Origin: Gemmatimonadaceae bacterium
GTDB taxonomy: Bacteria > Gemmatimonadota > Gemmatimonadetes > Gemmatimonadales > Gemmatimonadaceae
Direction of reading: 5' to 3'
DNA: 64,000 nt
Assembly (NCBI GenBank): GCA_051859245.1
Contig: JBHYGA010000004.1
Location: 672,001 to 736,000, forward strand
Below, in pieces: positions 19,707 through 27,909 of the stretch. The notes under the pieces are model-generated. The model did not search any database. It was not told the DNA's origin and saw only the letters and a program-made list of their open reading frames with translations. Position numbers and translations under genes: made by a program. Each line of letters begins with the position of its first letter. The stretch's first letter is position 1.

Positions 19707-21947
19707 ATGCGCTCCCTTCTTCGTGCGCTCCCCTGGGCTGCCGTGGCCGCCGCTGGCGCTGGCGCCATAGCGGTGCTCGCGCTGCGTCGTGGTGAATCGA
19801 TCAACGCCGCATGGCTGATCACCGCCGCGATTTGCACGTACGCGATTGCCTATCGCTTCTATTCCAAGTTCGTCGCGGCCAAAGTCTTTGCGCTCGACGC
19901 GGAGCGCGCAACTCCCGCGCTCAGGCTCGAAGACGGACGCGACTATGTGCCAACGAACAAATGGGTGGTGTTCGGCCATCACTTTGCGGCGATCTCCGGT
20001 CCGGGTCCGCTCGTTGGACCAACACTGGCCGCACAGTTCGGATATCTGCCGGGTGCGTTGTGGATCCTGATTGGCGTCGCCATTGGCGGCGCTGTTCAGG
20101 ATTTTGTCATTCTGGCATCGAGCGTCCGACGCGATGGCAAATCGCTGGGCCAGATGGCGCGCGAAGAGATTGGACCACTGGCGGGTTCGGTAGCACTGAT
20201 CGCGATTCTGGCCATCATGATCATTCTCATCGCGGTGCTAGCCCTGGTGGTGGTGAATGCACTCGCCGAGTCGCCGTGGGGTGTGGTGACAATTGCGCTG
20301 ACGGTGCCGATTGCGTTGTTCATGGGTTCGTATCTGCGATTCGTACGGCCAGGTCGCGTGATTGAAGCCACAATGATGGGTCTGGTGATGTTGGTGGGTG
20401 CGCTGTACGCTGGCAAATACGCGGCCGCGCATCCAACGCTTGGCCCGATGTTTACGCTCGATAAACCCACGCTCGCGTTGTGGGTGATGGGCTATGGCTA
20501 CGCGGCCAGTGTATTGCCGGTGTGGCTGCTGCTCGCCCCGCGCGACTATCTGAGTGCGTTTGTGAAGATTGGCGTGGTGGGTGCATTGGGCGCCGGCATC
20601 CTGATTGTGCTGCCACCGCTGAGCATGCCGGCGGTGACGCAGTTTATTGACGGCACGGGACCAGTGTTCGCGGGCAAGTTGTTTCCGTTTGTCTTTATCA
20701 CGATTGCGTGCGGCGCGATCTCCGGCTTTCACGCGCTGATCTCGAGCGGTACCACCCCCAAGTTGCTCGATCGTGAGTCGGACGCGCGCATGATCGGTTA
20801 CGGCGGCATGCTCATGGAGAGCGGTGTGGCAATCATGGCGCTGATCGCGGCGTGTGTGCTTGATCCGGGCACGTATTTCGCGATCAACGCGCCGGCCGCC
20901 GCGCTTGGCCCCACGATCGATACGGCTGCCGAAGCAATCCGCGGCTGGGGCTTCACGCTCGATGCGGCGGAGTTTGCACGACTCACGGAACAAGTGGGTG
21001 AGGGCACGTTGCTCTCACGGACGGGCGGTGCGCCATCACTCGCGGTGGGAATGGCGCAACTGTTCAGTCAGGTGCTGGGTGGCGAGGGTGCACTCGCGCT
21101 CTGGTATCACTTCGCCATCATGTTCGAAGCGCTGTTCATTCTGACCACGCTCGACGCCGGCACGCGGGTGGGACGTTTCCTGCTGCAGGACGCGGGCAAG
21201 CATATCTGGGAGCCGTTTGGTCGCACGAGCTGGATGCCGGCGGTGCTGCTCTCCAGCGCGATGTTTGTGGCCGCGTGGGGATACTTCTTATATCAGGGAG
21301 TGACGGATCCGTTTGGTGGTATCAACTCGCTGTGGCCGTTGTTTGGTATTGCCAATCAGCTACTCGCTGCTATCGCGTTGTGTGTTGGTACCACCGTGAT
21401 TGTGCGCATGGGTCGGGCCAAGCTGGCGTGGGTGACGATTGTACCGCTCACGTGGCTGGTGATTGTGACCACGACCGCGGCGCTCACCAAAATTTTCGAC
21501 AGCAATCCGCGTATTGGCTTTTTGGCGCACGCCCGCGTGTTCACCGATGCGCTCGCGGCGGGTGAGTTGCCGCGTGGTGCGCCCACAATCGAAGCCGCGC
21601 GCACCATCATTTTCAACGATCGTCTCGACGCTGCAGTCGCCGCATTCTTCCTGGCGGCGGTGTGGGTGATTCTGATTGCCAGCATCCTGAAGTGGTGGAA
21701 CGTGATGAGCGGCCGCACGCCGGCGGTGTCCACCGAAATTCCATTCACCTCTCGTGCCGACGTGCAAGCGGCAGCATTGCGTGCGGCGTCCATCTCGGCG
21801 AGCCCTGAGTGTCCGCATCGTGGGCACCCAATTCCGCTGCCCTCAATGGAAGACGTGGAGCGATTGGAACAGCATGTGCTCGACGCGACCGTGCGGCGGA
21901 TTGTGCATCGTCCGGTTGGTGGGCCGAACGATGTGCGGTGTTGCTAA
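19707..21947 (+). CDS. cstA: Carbon starvation protein A (peptide/pyruvate transporter) with C-terminal RCC extension
   Basis: FGHHFAAISGPGPLVGP, WLLLAPRDYLS, ITIACGAISGFHALISSGTTPK, FEALFILTTLDAGTRVGR, LWPLFGIANQLLA. Confidence 0.96.
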   Translation: MRSLLRALPWAAVAAAGAGAIAVLALRRGESINAAWLITAAICTYAIAYRFYSKFVAAKVFALDAERATPALRLEDGRDYVPTNKWVVFGHHFAAISGPGPLVGPTLAAQFGYLPGALWILIGVAIGGAVQDFVILASSVRRDGKSLGQMAREEIGPLAGSVALIAILAIMIILIAVLALVVVNALAESPWGVVTIALTVPIALFMGSYLRFVRPGRVIEATMMGLVMLVGALYAGKYAAAHPTLGPMFTLDKPTLALWVMGYGYAASVLPVWLLLAPRDYLSAFVKIGVVGALGAGILIVLPPLSMPAVTQFIDGTGPVFAGKLFPFVFITIACGAISGFHALISSGTTPKLLDRESDARMIGYGGMLMESGVAIMALIAACVLDPGTYFAINAPAAALGPTIDTAAEAIRGWGFTLDAAEFARLTEQVGEGTLLSRTGGAPSLAVGMAQLFSQVLGGEGALALWYHFAIMFEALFILTTLDAGTRVGRFLLQDAGKHIWEPFGRTSWMPAVLLSSAMFVAAWGYFLYQGVTDPFGGINSLWPLFGIANQLLAAIALCVGTTVIVRMGRAKLAWVTIVPLTWLVIVTTTAALTKIFDSNPRIGFLAHARVFTDALAAGELPRGAPTIEAARTIIFNDRLDAAVAAFFLAAVWVILIASILKWWNVMSGRTPAVSTEIPFTSRADVQAAALRAASISASPECPHRGHPIPLPSMEDVERLEQHVLDATVRRIVHRPVGGPNDVRCC

Positions 21948-22012
21948 CCGCCGGGACATCGCAACCGTAGCGCGCAGTTTGCGCGCGCTACGGCGTTTGC
22001 GGTAACTGTTGG

Positions 22013-23047
22013 CTAACGCTTGCGCGTAGAATCCGCGCTGCGCAGAAAATCGCGTAGCGCGGCGACATATTCCGCGGGCTTCTCGCGATACGTTGAATGC
22101 GCCGCACCGGGAATCACCACGAGCCGTGCATTCGGCACGGTTGCGCGAAACTCGTCGAGCGTGCTGGGGCGCGCTTCGTCAAACTCGCCGGCGATGAACA
22201 GCACCGGCAACGCGAGTTCATCGAGATCGTCCGCTCGGCTCCAGCTGCGCAGCGAGCCGGTGGAGAGAAACTCCGTTGGTCCCCACATCTGCTGATAGAT
22301 CGTATCGTTTGATGCGACCCCTTCGCACAACGGCTCGGCATCAACGGGCAGGCGACGCACGTGGCGCGCGTAGAACGAGTCCGTCGCGGCCGCGTACGCG
22401 GGTGAGGTAAGGGTGCCTGCTCGCTCTTCGCGGTCGAGCGTCTCGCGAATGGTCTCGGGCAGTTGCGAACGCAATACGTTTGCATCGGCGATCCAACGCG
22501 GCGTGGAAAGCAACGGACTGCTCAGCACCAGCGAGACAACACCGTCTGGCTTACGTGCGATCATGTACTCCGCTGCCAGCGCGCCGCCCCACGAGTGGCC
22601 GAGCAGATGCACGCTGTCGAGTCCGAGCGCGCGTCGCACCGCGTCGAGCTCTTCGACAAATCGCGGCAGATTCCACAGCGTGGTGTCGGTGGGATGATCG
22701 GATCGACCCGAGCCGAGTTGGTCGTAGAAAATCACCGGCCGCTCATTGGCCAGCGGCGCGAGTCGCTCAAATCGGCACGAGAGTCCACCCGGTCCTCCGT
22801 GCAGCGCAAGCAATGGTACGCCTGTGGCACCGTCGCCAAGCATGCGATACCACACGCGTCCGCCGGGCACGTCGATCATTCCTTCGCGCACGGTTGGCGC
22901 GAGCGGAACGGAATCGGTGCTGGCTGTATCAAGCACCGGTGCGTTTTCCGCCGGTGCACAGCCGATCGTTACCGTGAGTGTGATCGCCGCAAGCAACGAA
23001 CACACACTGCGCTGTGATGTCACCCGCGCGTGCCGTTGCTGCGTCAT
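22013..23047 (-). CDS. Proline iminopeptidase-like alpha/beta hydrolase (S33), probable lipoprotein
   Basis: LHGGPG, YDQLGSGRS, GHSWGG, GEFDEA, GAAHS; N-terminal TIGC lipobox-like. Start uncertain. Confidence 0.88.
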   Translation of the reverse strand: MTQQRHARVTSQRSVCSLLAAITLTVTIGCAPAENAPVLDTASTDSVPLAPTVREGMIDVPGGRVWYRMLGDGATGVPLLALHGGPGGLSCRFERLAPLANERPVIFYDQLGSGRSDHPTDTTLWNLPRFVEELDAVRRALGLDSVHLLGHSWGGALAAEYMIARKPDGVVSLVLSSPLLSTPRWIADANVLRSQLPETIRETLDREERAGTLTSPAYAAATDSFYARHVRRLPVDAEPLCEGVASNDTIYQQMWGPTEFLSTGSLRSWSRADDLDELALPVLFIAGEFDEARPSTLDEFRATVPNARLVVIPGAAHSTYREKPAEYVAALRDFLRSADSTRKR

Positions 23048-23060
23048 GCGTGTTTGCACA

Positions 23061-23771
23061 TTACGACGCCGACACAAACGCGCACCCGTGCTGCTGCGCA
23101 AGCGTCACTCCGAAGATGCCGTTCGGCTGCAAGATCACACCGGGAAGCATCATCGACATTGCTTTCGCACGTGCTTCGCCGCCCTGAATTTTGTCTTTGC
23201 GATTCACCAGCGCGATCATGCTACTGAACGCCATGTTGCAGGCGAGGACAATCGCGCCGCGTTCCATCTGTTTGTTGAGGGCAAGATTGGCAAGCGTTGG
23301 CGGCAGCTTGTCCTCGTCGGCGGTCATCAATACCGGATTGCGCGTGGTCTTCTTGTCTGTCATCGGGTGCGTGACCTTGGAGTCTTTCGCGACATTATAA
23401 GTCGCCCAGAACTCCTGCGTCATGATGAACGGAATGGCGTTGTGTCGAATCACGATGACCGGATTCAAATCAGCAGGCTGCGCCTGCATCAGATCGCGGT
23501 AGTGATTGCTCCACAATCCCGCGCGCCACACGCCGCTGCCGCCATTCAACTCGGGTACGTCAAACACGGCGCGATACTTGGCGGTGAGTTTCTGCGCCCA
23601 TGTCGTATCGAACTGCTGTGCGGCCGGCTGATCGAGCGACGCAAACTCGCTGAGCGTGGCGTTCGGCGAGTTTGCGGGCGGACTCATCGCCGCGAGTGAA
23701 GCGGGAAGCGTGCTCATGGCGACTCCGCCAAGCGTGAGACGGGTCAGAAACTGGCGGCGATCGGTCGACAT
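23061..23771 (-). CDS. Tat-exported DsrE-like protein
   Basis: DRRQFL Tat motif; YRAVFDVP, VIVIRHNA, RGAIVLACNMA, GIFGVTLAQQHG match the DsrE/F-like fold pattern. Confidence 0.7.
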   Translation of the reverse strand: MSTDRRQFLTRLTLGGVAMSTLPASLAAMSPPANSPNATLSEFASLDQPAAQQFDTTWAQKLTAKYRAVFDVPELNGGSGVWRAGLWSNHYRDLMQAQPADLNPVIVIRHNAIPFIMTQEFWATYNVAKDSKVTHPMTDKKTTRNPVLMTADEDKLPPTLANLALNKQMERGAIVLACNMAFSSMIALVNRKDKIQGGEARAKAMSMMLPGVILQPNGIFGVTLAQQHGCAFVSAS

Positions 23772-23828
23772 GGGGCTCCGAGGTGGGAGAGGAGGGATGC
23801 CGCATTTTAAGGCCCGGCGGCCTCGCCG

Positions 23829-23963
23829 TCACGTCAGCCCGTCAGGTGAGGCTGTTCGGTATAAACACCGGCGAGGTTGCTCGCGGAGTCGCCGTAGCGC
23901 TTCCGCAGCTTGTTTGATGATGCGGAGGAGGTAGTCCTCCTGATTCGAGTCGCGGGCGCGCAT
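23829..23963 (-). pseudogene. 44-codon ORF, possible gene remnant (MRARDSNQEDYLLRIIKQAAEALRRLREQ...)
   Basis: Hand translation, below the ORF-track cutoff. The first ~29 aa form an amphipathic helix; the remainder looks random. Confidence 0.4.
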
Positions 23964-24113
23964 GTTAAAGTCCGGTTGTCACGAAAACGTGCGGCGCGGG
24001 TACGAAGTTGTTGGTTTCTCGCGCGTCACCGTAGTCCATCTGCATATCTTTCGACCAGTCTACGCCAGTCCGCTGGGATTGGTCCGATCCAGCCGATTTC
24101 AACTCTCTGCCGA

Positions 24114-26006
24114 ATGTACCGTCTCCCCGCGGCGGCTGCCGCCCTAACGCTTCTCGCCGTTGTGCGCTCCGGCACAGCGTCTCCGCAAATACACGCGTCG
24201 AGTGCTGATCGTGCCGAACGGCTCGTATCTGTTCACTCGTTGCAACCGGATTCGCTCGCCGCGGCTCGCTGGGCAGACTCCGTGCTCGCCACGCTGACGG
24301 TACGGCAGAAAGCCGCACAAATGGTGTGGGTGTGGACGCTGGGTGACTACACCGCTACTGATGCGCCGGCGTTCCTCGCCATTGAACGCCTGGTGCGTGA
24401 GCAAGAACTCGGCGGAGCCATTGTATCGGTTGGCGGCCCACTTGATATCGCGGCCAAAACCAACGCGTTGCAGCGCGCGGCGAAGTTGCCGCTGCTCATT
24501 GGTGCTGATTTTGAAACCGGTGCCGCATTCCGCGCGCGTGGCGGCTGGTTTCTTCCCAATGCCATTGAACTCGGCGGCGCAACGTCCTTCCCGTATCAGA
24601 TGGGCATTGGCGCCACGCGCGACACGGCGCTGGCCTACGAAATGGGACGCGTGACTGCGCAGGAAGGACGCGCACTTGGTGTGCATATGGGATTTGCGCC
24701 CGTCCTGGATGTGAACAACAATCCGAAGAATCCGGTGATCAGCGCACGGTCCTTCGGTGAAGATCCGGAGCTTGTGGCGCGACTCGGCGCTTCGTTTATC
24801 CGCGGCATGCAGGACAATGGCATGCTGGCCACAGCGAAACACTTTCCCGGTCATGGCGACACGGAGCAGAACTCACATCTCGAGCTGTCGCGTGTGAATG
24901 TGTCGCGCGCGCGGCTTGATAGTGTGGAGCTGCGTCCGTTTCGCGCCGCGATTGCCGCCGGCGTGCGCGGAGTCATGACGTTTCATGGCGATCTTCCGGC
25001 GCTCGATACCACGGGTACGGCGGCGACGTTGAGCGCGCGCGTGATGACGGATCTGCTGCGCCGAGAGATGGGCTTTTCCGGCATCCTGGTCACAGATGCA
25101 CTCGATATGAATGGTGTGCTCGGCGACATGACGATGGCCGAAGCCACGCAGCGCGCAGTGGTGGCTGGGAACGATGTGTTGCTCATGCCAACCGATGTGC
25201 GTGTGGCGATTCAAGCGGTTGTAGACGGCGTACAGTCGGGACGTTTTTCCGAAGCGCGCGTGAACGAATCAGTGAAGAAGTTGCTGATCGCGAAACACGA
25301 AATGGGTTTGCACATGCAGCGCACCGTCGACCTTGAGGCGGTGCGCGCGCGTGTTGGCATCGCGGCGAACGCCACGCCCGCACGAACGGCGGCAGAAAAG
25401 GCGATTACGCTGGTGCACGACTCGCTCGGACTGTTGCCGATGCGCGCGAACAATGCCGCGCGTGTTGTGAGCATCACCGTGAGTCCCCGAGCGGATCTGA
25501 GTGCAGGTCGCACCTTTGATGCCGAGCTCAAGAGCGCGTACCCGCAACTGTTGTCGCTCTCGCTTAGTCCGGAAGTGGTCGCCGACAATACCGCCGGTGC
25601 AGCAGCTGGCGGCACGGGCACCTATCGTGTGAATCCGGAGCCGGCGTTGCTTCCGGCATCAGTGGAGAATGCGCTGAGCATCGCGCGCGGCGCGGATGTG
25701 GTGATTGTGTCGAGCTACATTGGCGCGAGTACGAATACAGCCACGATGACACCCACGCGCGGTGTGCCCGAGTTGCTCAACGGTTTGCGCGAGTCGGGTA
25801 CGAAAGTCGTGCTGGTGTCGTTTCTCAATCCGTATCTGGCGCAGGGACTACCGCGCACTGATGCACATGTCATCGCCTGGAGTCCATTCACCATGTCGCA
25901 ACGAGCGGCAGCGCGGGCGATGTTGGGACGTGCGCCGATCACGGGACGACTCCCGATCACGATTCCGGGCGTGGGTGCGTTTGGAACGGGAGTGACGCGG
26001 CCGTAG
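24114..26006 (+). CDS. Secreted GH3 beta-N-acetylhexosaminidase (NagZ-like, two-domain)
   Basis: PLLIGADFETG, FAPVLDVNNNPKNPVISARSFGED, KHFPGHGDTEQNSH, TDALDM, AGNDVLL. Confidence 0.92.
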   Translation: MYRLPAAAAALTLLAVVRSGTASPQIHASSADRAERLVSVHSLQPDSLAAARWADSVLATLTVRQKAAQMVWVWTLGDYTATDAPAFLAIERLVREQELGGAIVSVGGPLDIAAKTNALQRAAKLPLLIGADFETGAAFRARGGWFLPNAIELGGATSFPYQMGIGATRDTALAYEMGRVTAQEGRALGVHMGFAPVLDVNNNPKNPVISARSFGEDPELVARLGASFIRGMQDNGMLATAKHFPGHGDTEQNSHLELSRVNVSRARLDSVELRPFRAAIAAGVRGVMTFHGDLPALDTTGTAATLSARVMTDLLRREMGFSGILVTDALDMNGVLGDMTMAEATQRAVVAGNDVLLMPTDVRVAIQAVVDGVQSGRFSEARVNESVKKLLIAKHEMGLHMQRTVDLEAVRARVGIAANATPARTAAEKAITLVHDSLGLLPMRANNAARVVSITVSPRADLSAGRTFDAELKSAYPQLLSLSLSPEVVADNTAGAAAGGTGTYRVNPEPALLPASVENALSIARGADVVIVSSYIGASTNTATMTPTRGVPELLNGLRESGTKVVLVSFLNPYLAQGLPRTDAHVIAWSPFTMSQRAAARAMLGRAPITGRLPITIPGVGAFGTGVTRP

Positions 26007-26060
26007 CGTGTCGCGCGATCGCATCATCCTGAGACGCGATCGCGCGCGCACGTTGCCGGC

Positions 26061-26543
26061 CTACGGCGCCCGGGTGGCCTCCCAGCGGCCGCGCGAGAGG
26101 ACTGAGTCTGGAGCGGTCACCGACATTCTGGTAATGGTGCCAACAAGTTTGCCGTCAACCAGGCGGCCGACGCTTCGCCACATCATCTGGGGCGAGCCTG
26201 CCGGCATGGTGGGATCAGTATACGGCGCCGACGTCGCAATCATGCTATCCGCGTCGAACTGCGTGCTGTACGTGATCGTATCCGGCGAACCGTCGATCAC
26301 GAGCTTTCCGGTATTGTCCGCAGCCGCGATGTTCGTCCACCGCGTTGTGATGGAGTCGCCGACCTCCGGCATACTCACTCCAGTCCATGTGCCCGCCAGG
26401 TCAGCGGCACTCAGCCCAGCAGGTTCCGCGGCGGCCATCATCGCGGTCGAGTCTGCTGCGGCATCGGCCGCAGTGTCCGCCGAGCCGCCACATCCTGTTG
26501 CTGCAACAACCAGCAACACCAACCCTCCGACGAGCGTACGCAT
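26061..26543 (-). CDS. Hypothetical lipoprotein
   Basis: Lipobox ATGC, Ala-rich linker, DLAGTWTG beta-rich domain; GGAG upstream. Confidence 0.75.
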   Translation of the reverse strand: MRTLVGGLVLLVVAATGCGGSADTAADAAADSTAMMAAAEPAGLSAADLAGTWTGVSMPEVGDSITTRWTNIAAADNTGKLVIDGSPDTITYSTQFDADSMIATSAPYTDPTMPAGSPQMMWRSVGRLVDGKLVGTITRMSVTAPDSVLSRGRWEATRAP

Positions 26544-26707
26544 GCGTCATCTCCGGAAATGGGTAGGAACGCGCCGCGGGCAGTTCGACAGCAAGTCCCG
26601 CGGCCCATAAAAGCTGCAGCGTCCGGTCGCCGTGTGCCAGAGTGGCCACTTCGGCGCCCAGCGTGCCATCTTTCCAGTCCGCTCCCCGCAACCTTTTCGT
26701 TTGAACC

Positions 26708-27106
26708 ATGAGCCTGTTTGCCGCTGTACCCCGTCGTTTGTTCGCGCTTGCCGCCGGTGTGGCATTCAGCACCGGCTGTGGAGAAAGCCTGTCCGCCATG
26801 ACGGAACAGGCCATGGACCAGTGCATTGAGACGCGGAATCCATTGTTTACGAGTGGGCGTGGAGCTGCGGCGCTCGATACCCCCCTGTCTCCGGAGACCG
26901 AAGCGCTGGCGCAGCGGTTTCACTACGTGCTCGCGTTTCGAATCTTCAAGGACATCGCGGAAGAGGCGGGCAGTCAGGTGGTGCTGGTGTGCGCTCTCGA
27001 TCTTGCGTCGCGCTACAACGACCCCGAGTCGAAGAAGTTCATCGCGAAGTACGCGAACCATCCCGATGCGGCGGTTGCAACGAGCGCGCAGCGCCTGTCG
27101 CGCTGA
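26708..27106 (+). CDS. Hypothetical lipoprotein, helical
   Basis: STGC lipobox-like; ends 5 bp before rsmD. Confidence 0.65.
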   Translation: MSLFAAVPRRLFALAAGVAFSTGCGESLSAMTEQAMDQCIETRNPLFTSGRGAAALDTPLSPETEALAQRFHYVLAFRIFKDIAEEAGSQVVLVCALDLASRYNDPESKKFIAKYANHPDAAVATSAQRLSR

Positions 27107-27111
27107 TCATC

Positions 27112-27630
27112 ATGCGCATTGTTCGCGGGAAACACCGGGATCGACTGCTCACGTCGCCAAACGATTTTCGGGTGCGGCCCACGGCTGAGCACGTACGTGC
27201 GGCCGTGCTGGATTTGCTCAAGCCCGATTTGGCCGACGCGAGTGTGCTTGATTTGTTTGCGGGCACCGGCGCGCTTGGCCTCGAAGCGCTCTCACGCGGT
27301 TCAAAGCGCTGTGATTTTGTAGAGACGAGACCGGCGAGTTTGCACGCCCTCAAAGCCAACATCGCAGCGCTCGGCGAGATCAAACGCACGCGCGTATTCA
27401 AGAAAGACGCCTTGCCGTTTGCCGCGGCGCTTCGCGAAGGGGCGTACGATATCGCGTTTGTGGATCCGCCGTATGAATCGCGTATGCTGGATCGCGTGAT
27501 CGAAGGGTGGATGGTGAGTCGGTTCGCGCGGATTCTGGTGGCCGAGCACGCGGCGACGCACGAGTTGCCGAAGGGTGGTGCGAAGCATTTGTATGAGGAG
27601 ACGGCGGTGACGATTTATCGGTTGGCGTAG
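27112..27630 (+). CDS. rsmD: 16S rRNA m2G966 methyltransferase RsmD family
   Basis: MRIVRG..RPT, LDLFAGTGALGLEALSRG, VDPPY. Confidence 0.9.
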   Translation: MRIVRGKHRDRLLTSPNDFRVRPTAEHVRAAVLDLLKPDLADASVLDLFAGTGALGLEALSRGSKRCDFVETRPASLHALKANIAALGEIKRTRVFKKDALPFAAALREGAYDIAFVDPPYESRMLDRVIEGWMVSRFARILVAEHAATHELPKGGAKHLYEETAVTIYRLA

Positions 27631-27669
27631 GTCGTTGGAGCGGTCATTTGCGCGCGCGAGAGCTGTGTA

Positions 27670-27827
27670 AACTGCTTGGAACGCAGAGGCGCAGAGGCGC
27701 AGAGACTGCGCGGTCGAGCTGTTTGTTCGCACTCAGCGCACATTTTCCTTTGTTAAAATTATCGTGACGCGAGTAGCCGGTCAGCGTGCAGTCTCTGCGT
27801 CTCTGCGCCTCTGCGTTCCAAGCAGTT
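27670..27827. repeat. 40-bp inverted repeat built from 8-bp RCGCAGAG units (REP/MITE-like)
   Basis: Arm 27670-27709 AACTGCTTGGAACGCAGAGGCGCAGAGGCGCAGAGACTGC is the reverse complement of arm 27788-27827 with one mismatch; 78-bp spacer. Confidence 0.9.
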
Positions 27828-27909
27828 CAACCAGCTCGCGCCAGCTACGAACCTTGCGCCAAGCACCGCAGGGATTGACGAAACAACGGGCGCGCTGCAG
27901 ATCCAGTGC

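Noticed and set aside
27670..27827. Possible mini-CRISPR
   Set aside because: The repeats are inverted rather than direct, there are no unique spacers in series, and no cas genes.
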